Notes under the pieces: model-generated
Database searches by the model: none
Told to the model about the DNA's origin: nothing
Seen by the model: only the letters and a program-made list of their open reading frames with translations
Part shown: positions 42,462 to 54,191 of the stretch, piece by piece
Layout of the letters: every line of letters starts with the position of its first letter
Position numbering within the stretch: position 1 is the stretch's first letter
Made by a program: the position numbers and the translations under genes
Assembly: GCA_036339735.1 (NCBI GenBank)
Contig: JAYZAL010000001.1
Location: 32,001-96,000, forward strand
Source: Candidatus Poribacteria bacterium
GTDB taxonomy: Bacteria > Poribacteria > WGA-4E > UBA9662
Direction: 5' to 3'
Length of the DNA stretch: 64,000 nt

Positions 42462-45400
42462 ATGCCAAAAAGAACAGATATTCAGAAGATTTTAATCATT
42501 GGTTCTGGGCCGATCATTATAGGCCAAGCGTGTGAATTTGACTACTCTGGTACTCAAGCTTGTAAAGCCTTAAGGGAAGAAGGTTACGAAATTACCTTGG
42601 TGAATAGTAATCCTGCGACTATTATGACCGACCCTGAAATTGCCGATCAGACCTATGTAGAACCAATTTTTGCAGATACAGTGGCGAAAATAATTGAAAA
42701 AGAACGGCCTCAAGCTCTACTTCCAACCTTGGGCGGACAAACTGGACTGAATGTAGCGGTGGAATTAGCTGAAAAAGGGGTCTTAGACCAATTTCAAGTG
42801 GAACTAATCGGAGCGAAACTACCTGCCATAAGAATGGCAGAAGATCGAGAATTATTTAAGAATGCTATGCTCCAGATTGGTTTGGATGTACCAGAAAGTG
42901 GTATAGCTCGTTCCCTAGAATCCGCAATGGAGATTGTGAAGGACATAGGCTTCCCAGCGATCATTCGACCTGCATTTACTTTGGGTGGAACTGGTGGTGG
43001 TATTGCTTACAACATTGAAGAATATCGTGATATGATTCAGCAGGGTATAACACTTAGCCCTGTCAACGAAGTGTTAGTAGAAGAGTCGGTTATCGGATGG
43101 AAAGAATTTGAGCTGGAGGTGATGCGGGACAGAGTTGATAACGTAGTTATAATCTGTTCAATCGAGAATTTTGATGCTATGGGGGTTCACACTGGGGACT
43201 CAATAACCGTTGCTCCTGCTCAAACCTTGAGTGATAAAGAATATCAGGTCATGCGAAATTCGGCTATTCAGATTATTCGGAAAATTGGTGTAGATACTGG
43301 TGGATCAAACATCCAATTTGCTGTGGATCCAGATAGTGGTCGGCAAACTGTCATTGAAATGAACCCACGTGTCTCTCGGAGTTCTGCCCTAGCATCCAAA
43401 GCAACTGGATTTCCTATTGCCAAAATCGCAGCTAAACTCGCTGTTGGTTACACGTTGGATGAAATCCCCAACGACATTACCAAAAAGACACCATCATCAT
43501 TTGAGCCAACAATTGATTACGTGGTGGCAAAAATACCACGCTGGGCGTTTGAGAAATTTCCGGGTACGGATGAAACGTTGACCACTCGTATGAAATCAGT
43601 AGGCGAAGCTATGTCTATTGGGAGAACATTCAAGGAGGCAATCCAAAAAGGATTACGTTCTTTGGAAAACGGATGGACTGGCCTAGACAATCATCTTTGG
43701 GGTAACTCATCTTTGTTTAGAAACTCGGATGAACTGATAAGTAAACTGAATATTCCTAATGTTGAGCGAATTTTTTATATTAAAAATGCCTTTCAATTTG
43801 GTATGACCATTGAGCAAATTCACAACCACACTAAGGTTGATCCATTCTTTCTCCATAATATAAAGGAATTAGTCGATTTCGAGAATAAATTAAAATCCGA
43901 ACAACCGGATTTTTCAAGTACAGGACAAATTCAAGTGTCTAATGAAATATCTTCTCTCTTGCTTCAAGCTAAGAGATTTGGATTTTCTGACCCTCAAATT
44001 GCTGAATTGTGGGAAACGGACGAAAGAGAGGTTAGGAATGCGCGACAACTTCTGGGCATTGTCGCGACCTTTAAAACAGTTGATACCTGCGCAGCCGAAT
44101 TCGAGGCAGAAACGCCCTACTACTATTCAACTTATGGATCTGAAGACGAAGTCCGACCAAGTGAAAAAAAGAAAATTATGATCTTGGGTAGTGGACCCAA
44201 CCGAATAGGTCAAGGTATTGAATTTGATTATTGTTGCGTACATGCGGCAATGGCTATTAGAGCTGATGGTTATGAGACCATCATGGTTAACAGTAATCCC
44301 GAAACTGTTAGCACCGATTATGACACATCCGATCGACTTTATTTCGAACCATTGACATTCGAAGACGTAATGAACATTGTGGAGCGAGAAAAGATTGATG
44401 GAGCAATCGTTCAATTTGGTGGCCAAACACCGCTGAATTTGGCTATGCGGCTCAAACAAGCAGGGGTACCCATTATAGGTACGGATCCAAGTGACATTGA
44501 ACGGGCTGAGGACCGCCAGTTATTCAAGTCAGTCTTAGATCAAATAGGTGTCTCACAACCACCAAGTGACACTGCAACCTCTATAGAGACCGCTCGACCA
44601 ATCGCAGAACGAATAGGTTATCCTGTTTTAGTTCGCCCATCTTTTGTTCTCGGGGGGCGTGCCATGCAGATCGTTTACGATCGGGAGTCCCTAGACGCTT
44701 ATATGAAGTTCGCCGTTCAAGTATCTAGTGACAGTGCTGAGAGTCCGCGCGAAACCATAAAACCAATCTTGATTGATAAATATTTAGAGGACGCTATAGA
44801 AGTCGACGTAGATGCCATTTCAGATGGTGAGTTAACGCTAGTTGGAGGCGTAATGGAGCATATTGAAGAAGCAGGAATACATTCAGGTGATAGTGATTGT
44901 GTTTTACCACCATATACTCTAGCCGAAGACCAAATTGAGCGCTTAAAACAGATCAGCTATGAATTAGCCAAGGGGTTAAATGTTATTGGTTTAATGAACA
45001 TTCAGTTCGCTATAAAAAACGAAGAAGTTTATGTATTAGAAGTTAATCCTCGTGCTTCTCGGACAATACCCTTTGTGAGTAAATCAATCGGTATCCCTTT
45101 AGCGAAATTAGCAGCTCGTGTAATGGCAGGTAAAAAATTGTCTCAACTGGGTTTCAAAAGCGAAATTGAGCCTGAGTACTTCAGTGTCAAAGCTCCCGTT
45201 TTCCCTTTCAACCGATTCCCTGGTGCTAATTCTCAGTTGGGACCGGAAATGAAATCGACTGGTGAAGTCATGGGAATTGATCGAAATCTTGATTCGGCAT
45301 TTGCAAAAGCACAAAAAGCTAGTGGTGCTATTTTACCATTATCAGGCCAAGTTTTTATCAGCGTACGTAATAGGGACAAACGTTCGATCTTACTTATTGC

Positions 45401-45737
45401 TCGGAAGTTACACGAAATGGGCTTCAAGTTGGTGGCAACACATGGTACAGCAAAGGTCCTGAGACGAAGTGGCTTATCATCTGAATTGGTATATAGCATA
45501 GGTAAAGGACGACCAACTATTTACGATTTTATCAAAAATAGTGAAATTGATATGATTATCAATACTCCAACTGGTTATGCTCACAGACCTAACGAACAAC
45601 TAATCCGTCAAATGGCAATTGATCATGACATCCCAATCTTCACCACCATGCCTGGTGCTTCCGCCGCAGTGAATTCTATTTCAGTATTACGCAATCGAGA
45701 TCTCGATGTAGTTCCGCTCCAAGAATACGCACGATAG
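42462..45737 (+). CDS. carB: Carbamoyl-phosphate synthase large subunit
   Basis: [17 protein letters not shown], duplicated ATP-grasp halves, C-terminal MGS domain. Confidence 0.98.
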   Translation: MPKRTDIQKILIIGSGPIIIGQACEFDYSGTQACKALREEGYEITLVNSNPATIMTDPEIADQTYVEPIFADTVAKIIEKERPQALLPTLGGQTGLNVAVELAEKGVLDQFQVELIGAKLPAIRMAEDRELFKNAMLQIGLDVPESGIARSLESAMEIVKDIGFPAIIRPAFTLGGTGGGIAYNIEEYRDMIQQGITLSPVNEVLVEESVIGWKEFELEVMRDRVDNVVIICSIENFDAMGVHTGDSITVAPAQTLSDKEYQVMRNSAIQIIRKIGVDTGGSNIQFAVDPDSGRQTVIEMNPRVSRSSALASKATGFPIAKIAAKLAVGYTLDEIPNDITKKTPSSFEPTIDYVVAKIPRWAFEKFPGTDETLTTRMKSVGEAMSIGRTFKEAIQKGLRSLENGWTGLDNHLWGNSSLFRNSDELISKLNIPNVERIFYIKNAFQFGMTIEQIHNHTKVDPFFLHNIKELVDFENKLKSEQPDFSSTGQIQVSNEISSLLLQAKRFGFSDPQIAELWETDEREVRNARQLLGIVATFKTVDTCAAEFEAETPYYYSTYGSEDEVRPSEKKKIMILGSGPNRIGQGIEFDYCCVHAAMAIRADGYETIMVNSNPETVSTDYDTSDRLYFEPLTFEDVMNIVEREKIDGAIVQFGGQTPLNLAMRLKQAGVPIIGTDPSDIERAEDRQLFKSVLDQIGVSQPPSDTATSIETARPIAERIGYPVLVRPSFVLGGRAMQIVYDRESLDAYMKFAVQVSSDSAESPRETIKPILIDKYLEDAIEVDVDAISDGELTLVGGVMEHIEEAGIHSGDSDCVLPPYTLAEDQIERLKQISYELAKGLNVIGLMNIQFAIKNEEVYVLEVNPRASRTIPFVSKSIGIPLAKLAARVMAGKKLSQLGFKSEIEPEYFSVKAPVFPFNRFPGANSQLGPEMKSTGEVMGIDRNLDSAFAKAQKASGAILPLSGQVFISVRNRDKRSILLIARKLHEMGFKLVATHGTAKVLRRSGLSSELVYSIGKGRPTIYDFIKNSEIDMIINTPTGYAHRPNEQLIRQMAIDHDIPIFTTMPGASAAVNSISVLRNRDLDVVPLQEYAR

Positions 45738-45750
45738 GAAATAGCCGTCT

Positions 45751-46596
45751 ATGTCAAACGAAATCATTGAACAAAATAGCCAAATGGTTCGAAGTCTTGA
45801 TTTGGTGTTTGATTATCTTTCGGTCCACCAATCATTATTGAGCCGAAATACTAATCCTGATCACCCTGTACAGAACAACCGAGACTCAGTACAAATTATG
45901 CGGTTGGATGATGAGCGTGAAGTCGCAATAATTCAACAAAACACTTTCACTATCTCGCGTATATACACAGACGGTCGACCCGATGGAAAACGACCACAGA
46001 ACTATGACTCGTATTTTGATTACTTTTGTCATAGACTAGAAAAATACAAGCAAGCATACAAAACTGACCAAGGATTCACGTTAACTGACCGTGAATGGAA
46101 ACAATTACTCGATGAATCCTATGACCGATATATTCGTTATCTTCTGTTCTCGAGTATTAAGAGGTGGAAAGATGTTCAGCGAGATACTGACACTAACTTG
46201 CAAGTGTTGGATCTTGTTCGTCGATATGCTGATGAAGATATATCTTGGCAGACCTATCAGTATAAAGGCTATATTCTAATGATGAACAGTATTGCCAGAG
46301 CCGAACTTGCGTTGACGGATGGAGCTAGTCTTGAAGCATTGCAAATTATTGATTATGGGATTCAACAAATAGGAAAATTCTGTGCTGAATGTTTGAGAGA
46401 AGAACAGGGAGAAGCCGAAAATATAACTCGTGAACACTATCTTGCCAACTTGATCGAGTATCGATCTGATCTAGAGTCCATAGAAAATGACTTGAATGAT
46501 GATGGGGAAAAAATCGATTCTGCGGAACAGGAGGATGATACGATCATTCAAGAGTTGGAAGATTTGCTCCAAGAAATGGCCGGTAACCAACGGTAA
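45751..46596 (+). CDS. Conserved hypothetical protein resembling the PVC 'DGRPDGxRP' family (often labelled UvrB/UvrC-motif protein); acidic tail
   Basis: DGRPDGKRP...SYFDY, V.RDT..NL..LD, QYKGYILMMNSIARA. The family match is from recall. Confidence 0.55.
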   Translation: MSNEIIEQNSQMVRSLDLVFDYLSVHQSLLSRNTNPDHPVQNNRDSVQIMRLDDEREVAIIQQNTFTISRIYTDGRPDGKRPQNYDSYFDYFCHRLEKYKQAYKTDQGFTLTDREWKQLLDESYDRYIRYLLFSSIKRWKDVQRDTDTNLQVLDLVRRYADEDISWQTYQYKGYILMMNSIARAELALTDGASLEALQIIDYGIQQIGKFCAECLREEQGEAENITREHYLANLIEYRSDLESIENDLNDDGEKIDSAEQEDDTIIQELEDLLQEMAGNQR

Positions 46597-46605
46597 GTTT
46601 TTGTC

Positions 46606-47751
46606 TTGGTCAGCTCGGACTTAGCTAACAATCTATCAGCTACAGTGAGTTGGTCAACAAAACAAACTGGACGTCACAAACGACATCGAGCTAGATGGTC
46701 TTTTTTTCTATCGCTACTTTTACACACTATTTTTGCTTTAGTGATATCTTTTTCGGGAATGTTGTTTCATCAGCAAAATCGTCGACAAGACTTGCTTGAC
46801 CAAATTGAGGTTGATATTTATCATCTACGTTTTCATATGTCTCGGCACCGACGGAACTCTCAACTACCAAATAGAAAGAAAAACATAAAAAAAAACAAAG
46901 AGCAGATACACGTCGATCCAAAGACTAAGGTTAAAGATTTTCCTATAATAAAGAATTATCAGGTAGGAAACCCCCTCACACCGAAAGTCTCCCCCCTAAG
47001 AACCGAGACGATATTGAATAATTCAGCTGACTCCATATTTGGAGATAATTTTTCAGATGGCCAGTTAAACAAAAATCTACTGCCTTACAAACACCTATCG
47101 AGTGCTCCAGTAGGCATTCAACGCCCCAAGTTGGCCCGTGGTTTCGCACGAGCAAACGCTGAAGCTTTACCTGACCGAGTCGAAAATGCAGAGGTAATGA
47201 CAAGTAACCCCGAACAAATTGAGGAAGCTATGGTAAAAATAGCTAAAAGTGTCGTAAATCAACAGTCTAGGCGACCAACTGATATTGTATTTTTGCTCGA
47301 TGCCAGTGGTAGTATGAAAGATAACATCGTCGCTGTTGGCCAACACCTGGAAGATATGGTGTCCGTTTTTGAGGAGAAAACTATTGATTTTACGATGGGC
47401 GTTGTTACGTTCAAATATCAAGCCCTAATTTTCGATCAAACTACTGACTATAAAAGATTCGAGCGACTACTGAGAAATATCGACTGTGGTGGATTAGAAC
47501 GTCCTTATCATGCTATTGTTAAGTCAGTCAATCAAGTGAAATTCAGGCCTGAAGTCAACAAACGTTTCATATTGGTAACAGATGAACCAATCCAAGACTA
47601 TAATCGGGCTGAAACTGAAGATTTACCTTCCGTTCTGAGGCATTGCTTGAATAACTCGGTGGTAGTAGATGTCATTGGTCTAAATGAAAAATACAGCAAA
47701 TATCTAGCCGAAAAGACGGGTGGACTTTGGTTTCTTATTCCCAATAATTGA
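46606..47751 (+). CDS. Membrane-anchored VWA domain protein
   Basis: TM FFLSLLLHTIFALVI. MIDAS DIVFLLDASGSM, FILVTDE, LAEKTGG. Start uncertain (TTG). Confidence 0.8.
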   Translation: MVSSDLANNLSATVSWSTKQTGRHKRHRARWSFFLSLLLHTIFALVISFSGMLFHQQNRRQDLLDQIEVDIYHLRFHMSRHRRNSQLPNRKKNIKKNKEQIHVDPKTKVKDFPIIKNYQVGNPLTPKVSPLRTETILNNSADSIFGDNFSDGQLNKNLLPYKHLSSAPVGIQRPKLARGFARANAEALPDRVENAEVMTSNPEQIEEAMVKIAKSVVNQQSRRPTDIVFLLDASGSMKDNIVAVGQHLEDMVSVFEEKTIDFTMGVVTFKYQALIFDQTTDYKRFERLLRNIDCGGLERPYHAIVKSVNQVKFRPEVNKRFILVTDEPIQDYNRAETEDLPSVLRHCLNNSVVVDVIGLNEKYSKYLAEKTGGLWFLIPNN

Positions 47752-47776
47752 TTTTGGCCAATTTTTCAAAAGGCGA

Positions 47777-49291
47777 CTAGTCAATTGTTGTTAGACTTCC
47801 CCACCAATCAGCGTTTGGTTGCCAATTAGGGTCTAGGTACTGAGCGTGCTGGGATTCCAGCTGGGGCATGAGTTCATGTTCGAGTTGCGACAGACGGTCA
47901 TTTTCCTTCTCGAATCTATATTCCGGATCAGATTCTGGTAGCTTTGCCCCGGTCAATCTGAGCCAGTCATTCAAAAGTTGACTCATTTGTGCTTTTTTAT
48001 CAGTGCATAAATCAGCCATGTCGTTTTGCTCACCTTGGTCAACCGAAAGGTCATATAACTCGTCTCTATCGTCCTCATAATAGTGAATCAATTTCCAATT
48101 ACGACTTCGAATTACTGACGAAGGTTCTCCTCCCTGGTTGCCATAATGTGGATAATGCCAAAATAGATCACGATTCTTCAATGACGGGGAATCTTCGCCT
48201 CTTAGTAAGGGTACCAAACTTTCTCCGTCGATTACTTGCTCGGTGGGTATTGGAATATCAGCTAACTCAAGCAAAGTAGGATAAAAATCAATTCCAGATA
48301 CAGGTACATCGCAGTTTGAGCCAGCTTCTACTAAGCCTGGTACTTGGATATAGTAGGGAACTCTTAGGCCACCTTCCCATTGTCTACCCTTTCCACCTCT
48401 TAGTGGCAACATAGAAGAAGCAAAAGAATCACCTGAAGAAACACCACCATTATCCGAGGTAAAACAAACAATCGTATTATCAACGACCCCAGCTTTTTGA
48501 AGTGCGTCTAAAACTAAACCAATAGCTTCATCCATAGCCTCAATCATTCCAGCATAGATGGGACAGTCTTGTACCTGACGAACTGGTAAATTACGGTCGA
48601 AAATAAAGCGGCTATCTCGAATACCTTGAGCCAAGGCTTTCTGTCGAAATTTTTCCCATCGATTTTTACTGGTTTGTATTGGGCCATGAACGGAGTAAAA
48701 AGAAAGGTAAGCTAAAAATGGTTGATTTCTATTACATGTGATGAACTCCGAAGTTTCTTGAGCCAGCCGAATGGGAAGAGACTCCCCAACTGGACCAGGC
48801 TGAAGCTTTGGGTTCTGCCAAGGTGAAAAATATCCACCTATGGGGGACCCAACCTTCCATCCTCCTTTGTTGATTTCAAAACCAAAATTCTCTGGGTCAA
48901 AACCTTGATCACCTAGATGCCATTTCCCAGCGAAAAAGGTTCGGTAGCCTTGGCTTTTTAGGACTTGAGAAAATGTCAATTCGTTTATATCTAGGTTGTG
49001 TTTGTATTCAGGTGGTAAAAGCTTATTAAACCGATTATTTTTACGCCATTCTTTTCCACTTGAAGCTCCAATCCAATCAGTTATACCATGCCTCGTTGGA
49101 TATTTACCGGTTAGGATACTTGCTCTCGACGGACTGCACACCTGACAAGCGGCATAACCTTGTGAAAATCTCATTCCACCTTGACTGATTCGATCACAGT
49201 TAGGACTTTCGTAAAAGTTACTACCTTCCACTTGAAGATCTCTCCAACCAAGGTCGTCAGCTAGGATAAATAAAATATTCGGTTGTTTCAT
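47777..49291 (-). CDS. Formylglycine-dependent (Cys-type) sulfatase
   Basis: PNILFILADDLGW, CSPSRASILTG, GKWHLG, TSDNGG, LRGGKG..WEGGLRVP. Confidence 0.95.
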   Translation of the reverse strand: MKQPNILFILADDLGWRDLQVEGSNFYESPNCDRISQGGMRFSQGYAACQVCSPSRASILTGKYPTRHGITDWIGASSGKEWRKNNRFNKLLPPEYKHNLDINELTFSQVLKSQGYRTFFAGKWHLGDQGFDPENFGFEINKGGWKVGSPIGGYFSPWQNPKLQPGPVGESLPIRLAQETSEFITCNRNQPFLAYLSFYSVHGPIQTSKNRWEKFRQKALAQGIRDSRFIFDRNLPVRQVQDCPIYAGMIEAMDEAIGLVLDALQKAGVVDNTIVCFTSDNGGVSSGDSFASSMLPLRGGKGRQWEGGLRVPYYIQVPGLVEAGSNCDVPVSGIDFYPTLLELADIPIPTEQVIDGESLVPLLRGEDSPSLKNRDLFWHYPHYGNQGGEPSSVIRSRNWKLIHYYEDDRDELYDLSVDQGEQNDMADLCTDKKAQMSQLLNDWLRLTGAKLPESDPEYRFEKENDRLSQLEHELMPQLESQHAQYLDPNWQPNADWWGSLTTID

Positions 49292-49422
49292 TTTGCTCTC
49301 CGATCCTTAGAATACACTGCTTGATTCATTCATACTGGCTTGAATTGGCAAAAATCAGATTTAAAATAACTAAACTGGGTTGTTATGTTTCCTGATAATG
49401 AAGAATATATTGAGTTTAAGGC

Positions 49423-52400
49423 TCATTTTTGAATCCATAATTTGATACTTTCAGAACGAATCAAAAACTGGTCATCAATGATAAAGTGCGCAAAGTAAAT
49501 GCCATTAGAAACTATTTCCCCTAAATGAGTTTGTAAATCCCAGTTGTACTCCCAACCATTCTTACTACGTCGAAATTCGTTAATCATGGTGACAAATCGG
49601 CCATCAATGGTATAAATCTGTACTTTAGGTGGATTTACGGTCGAACATACTAGATGTAAAGTAGATTGTTGAAGTGGATTTGGATATGCCGAAATCTTCC
49701 CATTGTAAGAATATTGACTAAAATTGGGTGCAGTTGGCAGCGTGATAGCCACAGAGCGGCTATCAATCTTGGTACCACTTTCACTATCTCCTTCGAAGAC
49801 ATCGACTTGTAGCCGACTAATCGGCTCTACATTAGTACCTTGGTTAATTGAGTAAGATAAAGTCCAGATTTGCTTTCTTTCTGAATCAACAGCACTAATA
49901 ACCTGCGGTTCCTCATTTACAACGATAGTCGGATCAAATTCTAGTACACCTTCTGTAATTGCAATCGTGATGGTATAAAACTGACTTTGTAGTGGATTGG
50001 GCAAAGCATAGATATTACACTTGACCTTCTTTTTTGGTGCCGGCAAAATTTGTACTGTCAGGGTGCGAAAGGCTTTGTTTCCGTCTGGATCAGATACAAT
50101 TACTAAAATTGTACTCTTAGTGGGTAAAACTGATGATTCGGTTTTCGGCAAAGATAAAATTAGACTATCGTTTTTGATTTCCGCTAAGATATTCTGATCA
50201 GGGATAGTGATCCAACTGAGGTTTTGATCATTAGTATCTATATCATCAACATATGAATTTAGTTCATCAATAGTATCTTTGGGTTTGACATTGGATTGAA
50301 GGGTGACCGTTGGAAATGGTCTCACAAATCGTGGTGGCTTCGGTGTTGGTAGATTTGCCAACACCTGAATTTCGATTTTACCTATTAGAGACTGTCCACT
50401 GGGTTCTGTCTCTGTAACTTGCAAGGTTATTTCGTCATTGGTAGCTCCATTGATTGGGTCATAGTTTCCTAACTCAACAGTCAATTCTGAAGAATCGCCT
50501 GCTAACCTAGCACCGATGGTTGTTGGCATTTGGGAAATGCTCCAAGCAAGTTGTTTTTGATCAAATCGTGAAGTTACAAAACTATTCAAATCAATAATTT
50601 CTTCAGGTTGATCAATGCTTAAGGTGATTGTTTTAGGTAAATTCAAAGCCAAAGGAATTATTTTCTGTTTTATATTCACCTGAATTTCTGCTTTTTGGCT
50701 TGATTGTTGAAAATTATCGACCAGCCGAAAACTGAAAGTGCCGGAACCAACCTGATTCCCAGTTAGAGTAAGTTGACCTTCCTCGAAAGTTGGTATCACG
50801 AGTTGATTTTCTTCATTGTATTTAAATTCAACTTGGGCATTTGGTGGATCAATCTCTAATACGATAGGTTTGCTGGTTTCTCCTTTCGTGAGTTCAATGG
50901 CTTCAAAGGTATTGTTGATCCTCGGTTTGGGTGGTTTTTCTACTTTTTCCTTGACCGTTACCGTAATTTTTTTTTCTACTGGAGCTATATCCCCAATTTG
51001 GGCAATTACTAGAAGGTTAACGGTACCTACAAAGTCAGTATTTTTGGCTGAAAAAATTGCTTCTCCTGTTTTAAGAAAATCCACCTGAATTTCTTTATTC
51101 GGTACTATGTCCCATTCAATATCCGACTTAGGGTAATTTTGGCCAACAACAAATTGATTCAGATCGTAGGGATCTGATGTGTTTTCCTGTTCAAATTCGA
51201 CTGCAGTTAAGTCTTTAATTTTCAGAGGAGGTATAGGTTGTTTGACTGTCACTGTTACTTTTTGCTGGCTGGTTTTCCCATCTAAGTCAGTTGCTTTAAA
51301 AATTAGAAATGTCTCACCATCGTTCCAAGTAGCCTTATTGATCAAGTCGACAGTTGAGTTATCTAATTCTACTATAATATTTTCATTATTATCAAAGGAC
51401 CAAATAATCTGATCGACAGGTTCATCATCTGTTACATACTCAATCAGATCAATGGTTTGGGTTTGCCCATCTATCAAAGAAATTGGTGGGATGTTCAAAG
51501 TTGGGGGTTTTTGTGTTTTCAGAACCAACACGTTAATTGAACCACTTCCAATATTTCCTTCTGGGTCAACGGCCTTAAAGTCAAGCTGATAATCACCAAC
51601 AGGTGTGTTTCCTGAGCTTAGCTCAACAGTATGAGTATTTGGATTGATATTGGCCACCAATTGCACTTTTGAGTTGTTTTGCCTAACTTGGCTGCTCCAT
51701 TCAATGTCTTCTGACTCTGTATCAGCATCAATGACATAATTATCCAGATCAAGGTTGTTAACTATTTTTTTCTGACCTTGGTAGATAGCGAAGGTTGGGA
51801 ATTCTTCTAGGCTGACTGTTGGTGGGAACATCGGTTGAACAGTAACCTCGGTCGTACTTGTCAATTTAGCTTTGTTGGTAGCCGAAAAAATAACTGTTTC
51901 ACTACCCGATTTCCAATTAGGTAACGCTATCAGCGTAACAGACCTATCAGCCTCTATTTGTACTGCTAGTTTACTCCTATCATAGCCAGTGACCTGCCAT
52001 ACAATTAGTTCATCTGAGGTAGTTGGGTCTGTTACAAAGTCATCCAATTGCAGAATACTAGCAGTCTTTTCATTAGACTTGATACGAAGTTTTAAGGGGA
52101 AACCAGCTAAAAGGGGTTTTTCAGGAGATTTCACAGTAATGATCACATCTTGTGTATCTTGTAGACCATTAGGATCAACGGCGAAAAACCGAACGGTTTC
52201 GGTTACTACTGATTCAGATTGTAAAGAAGCAAACCGTTCCTCGTCGATCTCAATTGTAATAAATTGTTGTCCTTCTACTACCCAATCAATCTGCTCAGGG
52301 TCGCTATCCAAATCGAAAATATGTTTATTTAAGTCTAATATCTTTTCTTTACCGAAATCGAGTTCAATTAACGGAATAGTTATGATTGATGGGGGAGCAC

Positions 52401-53892
52401 TTTTTTCAATCAACTGTACTTGAGCTTCTCTTTGATCGGAGATCCCATTTGGGTTAATAACTTTAAAAGTAATAGTCTCCCTTCCAATCCAATTACGTAG
52501 ATTTTCGAAGGATACATCTCGTGTTTCAGGATCAATGTTAACCGCAATATTTTCATTGCCAGAAGTCTCCCATTCCAATTCCGAGTTTTCAAAGTCGAAA
52601 TCCCCAACTAGTTCATTTAGATTGAACCGAGAAGGATCCATTCTTGAGCCATCGTTCGTAGAAACTACTTCTTGGGGAAATAGTGGATCTATCACAGGGC
52701 CATCAAATTCAGGAATAAAGAGAACCTTCAGTGTTTGTTGATCGGCGTTATCATCGGCATCGCTAACGGTAATTGGAATATCAAAAGTACCCAATCTAGT
52801 GCTTTCAACTTTTAAGTAACTACCAATCAAATTAACGAAGAGATTATCGGGGTCCGGATTTGTACCTACACTCCAATTTAAATCAGCTAAACCCGGATTG
52901 TCGAGGTCCTCCACCAAGCCGTTTAGGTTGAAATTTTTCCCACTATTGACCCGAATACGCTCCCCTTTATTCGGTATTTTTTCTGAAAAAAGTAATCGAG
53001 GAGGAGTAGTCACTTGAACATCAATATCATTAAATGCGGGATTACCTTCGGGATCAATGACTGTAAATCGAACTTTTTCTTGGCCGAACCAGTCTTTATT
53101 TGGTTTGAAGGATACTCGGCGGAAGTTTGGATCAATTTTAACGTCGATGCTCTGATAGTTAGAAGCCGTCCACTTGATTGATCGTTTCATTTCTTTCGGT
53201 GTTAGTTTTGGGTTATTAAATATAAGATAGTTATCCAATACCAGATCGGTATATTCGGTATTCATTGGAAATTTTATGCTTTGTGGGAACGAATCTTTAA
53301 AATCGACAGTTCCTCTCACCGTGATGGTAGCGGTTTCCAAATCGGAAAAATTACGACGAGGAAGTTGGTCTACAATCACACCTGTGATTCGACTAACACG
53401 CTCAATGAAATCGAATCGGATGGCAGTATCTTTGACAGGCTGCAAAGTTTTGAATTTTATCAGACCAACCACACTAGGCTCCTTTAAAACAGAAACATCA
53501 TCACCAATAGCCATCAAGGCTGCTGCATAGTCAATCTGGAAGTTACGCAAAATATTCCCTGGGTCTCCGTGTGTGTCGTTATCCAGTGGCTGCCAACCAG
53601 TTGGGTAACCAGGTCCATTCTTAACCGGCTGTAGTCCCGTCAGTTTATCGGTAGCATCAAGGAGCTTTAAGTATTGATCGTCAAAAGAAAGGTAGATCTG
53701 AAAACCAGTGACCCGACTACCCTGTGGATCAATATATACTTGAAGGTTGAATTCTTTTCCGCTACCTACGGAAAAGTTATTACGCTCAGTTTCTGCATCT
53801 CGTAGAGAAATTAAAACAGCTTTCGCATCCTTAATACAAAGAAAAACTAGCAAGAACAGAATGAAAATAAAATTAAAATACAGCTGCCGCAT
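49423..53892 (-). CDS. Large secreted protein: cohesin-like N-terminus, tandem cadherin/Ig-like repeats, T9SS/FlgD-like C-terminal domain
   Basis: Signal peptide. Repeats of L-(D/N)-x-(Y/F)-V-x-D-x-D...L/I-x-W...F-x-(A/V)-x-D-P-x-G. C-terminus AYPNP...IYTIDGRFV...WDLQTHLGEIVSNGIYF. Confidence 0.75.
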   Translation of the reverse strand: MRQLYFNFIFILFLLVFLCIKDAKAVLISLRDAETERNNFSVGSGKEFNLQVYIDPQGSRVTGFQIYLSFDDQYLKLLDATDKLTGLQPVKNGPGYPTGWQPLDNDTHGDPGNILRNFQIDYAAALMAIGDDVSVLKEPSVVGLIKFKTLQPVKDTAIRFDFIERVSRITGVIVDQLPRRNFSDLETATITVRGTVDFKDSFPQSIKFPMNTEYTDLVLDNYLIFNNPKLTPKEMKRSIKWTASNYQSIDVKIDPNFRRVSFKPNKDWFGQEKVRFTVIDPEGNPAFNDIDVQVTTPPRLLFSEKIPNKGERIRVNSGKNFNLNGLVEDLDNPGLADLNWSVGTNPDPDNLFVNLIGSYLKVESTRLGTFDIPITVSDADDNADQQTLKVLFIPEFDGPVIDPLFPQEVVSTNDGSRMDPSRFNLNELVGDFDFENSELEWETSGNENIAVNIDPETRDVSFENLRNWIGRETITFKVINPNGISDQREAQVQLIEKSAPPSIITIPLIELDFGKEKILDLNKHIFDLDSDPEQIDWVVEGQQFITIEIDEERFASLQSESVVTETVRFFAVDPNGLQDTQDVIITVKSPEKPLLAGFPLKLRIKSNEKTASILQLDDFVTDPTTSDELIVWQVTGYDRSKLAVQIEADRSVTLIALPNWKSGSETVIFSATNKAKLTSTTEVTVQPMFPPTVSLEEFPTFAIYQGQKKIVNNLDLDNYVIDADTESEDIEWSSQVRQNNSKVQLVANINPNTHTVELSSGNTPVGDYQLDFKAVDPEGNIGSGSINVLVLKTQKPPTLNIPPISLIDGQTQTIDLIEYVTDDEPVDQIIWSFDNNENIIVELDNSTVDLINKATWNDGETFLIFKATDLDGKTSQQKVTVTVKQPIPPLKIKDLTAVEFEQENTSDPYDLNQFVVGQNYPKSDIEWDIVPNKEIQVDFLKTGEAIFSAKNTDFVGTVNLLVIAQIGDIAPVEKKITVTVKEKVEKPPKPRINNTFEAIELTKGETSKPIVLEIDPPNAQVEFKYNEENQLVIPTFEEGQLTLTGNQVGSGTFSFRLVDNFQQSSQKAEIQVNIKQKIIPLALNLPKTITLSIDQPEEIIDLNSFVTSRFDQKQLAWSISQMPTTIGARLAGDSSELTVELGNYDPINGATNDEITLQVTETEPSGQSLIGKIEIQVLANLPTPKPPRFVRPFPTVTLQSNVKPKDTIDELNSYVDDIDTNDQNLSWITIPDQNILAEIKNDSLILSLPKTESSVLPTKSTILVIVSDPDGNKAFRTLTVQILPAPKKKVKCNIYALPNPLQSQFYTITIAITEGVLEFDPTIVVNEEPQVISAVDSERKQIWTLSYSINQGTNVEPISRLQVDVFEGDSESGTKIDSRSVAITLPTAPNFSQYSYNGKISAYPNPLQQSTLHLVCSTVNPPKVQIYTIDGRFVTMINEFRRSKNGWEYNWDLQTHLGEIVSNGIYFAHFIIDDQFLIRSESIKLWIQK

Positions 53893-54191
53893 ATTTATAC
53901 AATCGTCTCACGATACGTGTAGCACGAAATATACCATCTATTTACAAACGATATTTACTCCGTTAAACTATCTGCATAAAATACAAAAAGATTATTAGAG
54001 AGTTCATTGATCATTTACTATTTTAGTCAAGCATATGGAACGTCATACCAGTATTCTTTATATAGGATACAATGGTAGTAATTAATTTTTGGGCCTTTTG
54101 ATCAACATTGTTGCTTAGTCCGATCAGTGTTATAATGCTGCGCTAGCCAACAGACTCTCAACCGAAATCAAATCACAAAACTGAACCTTCA

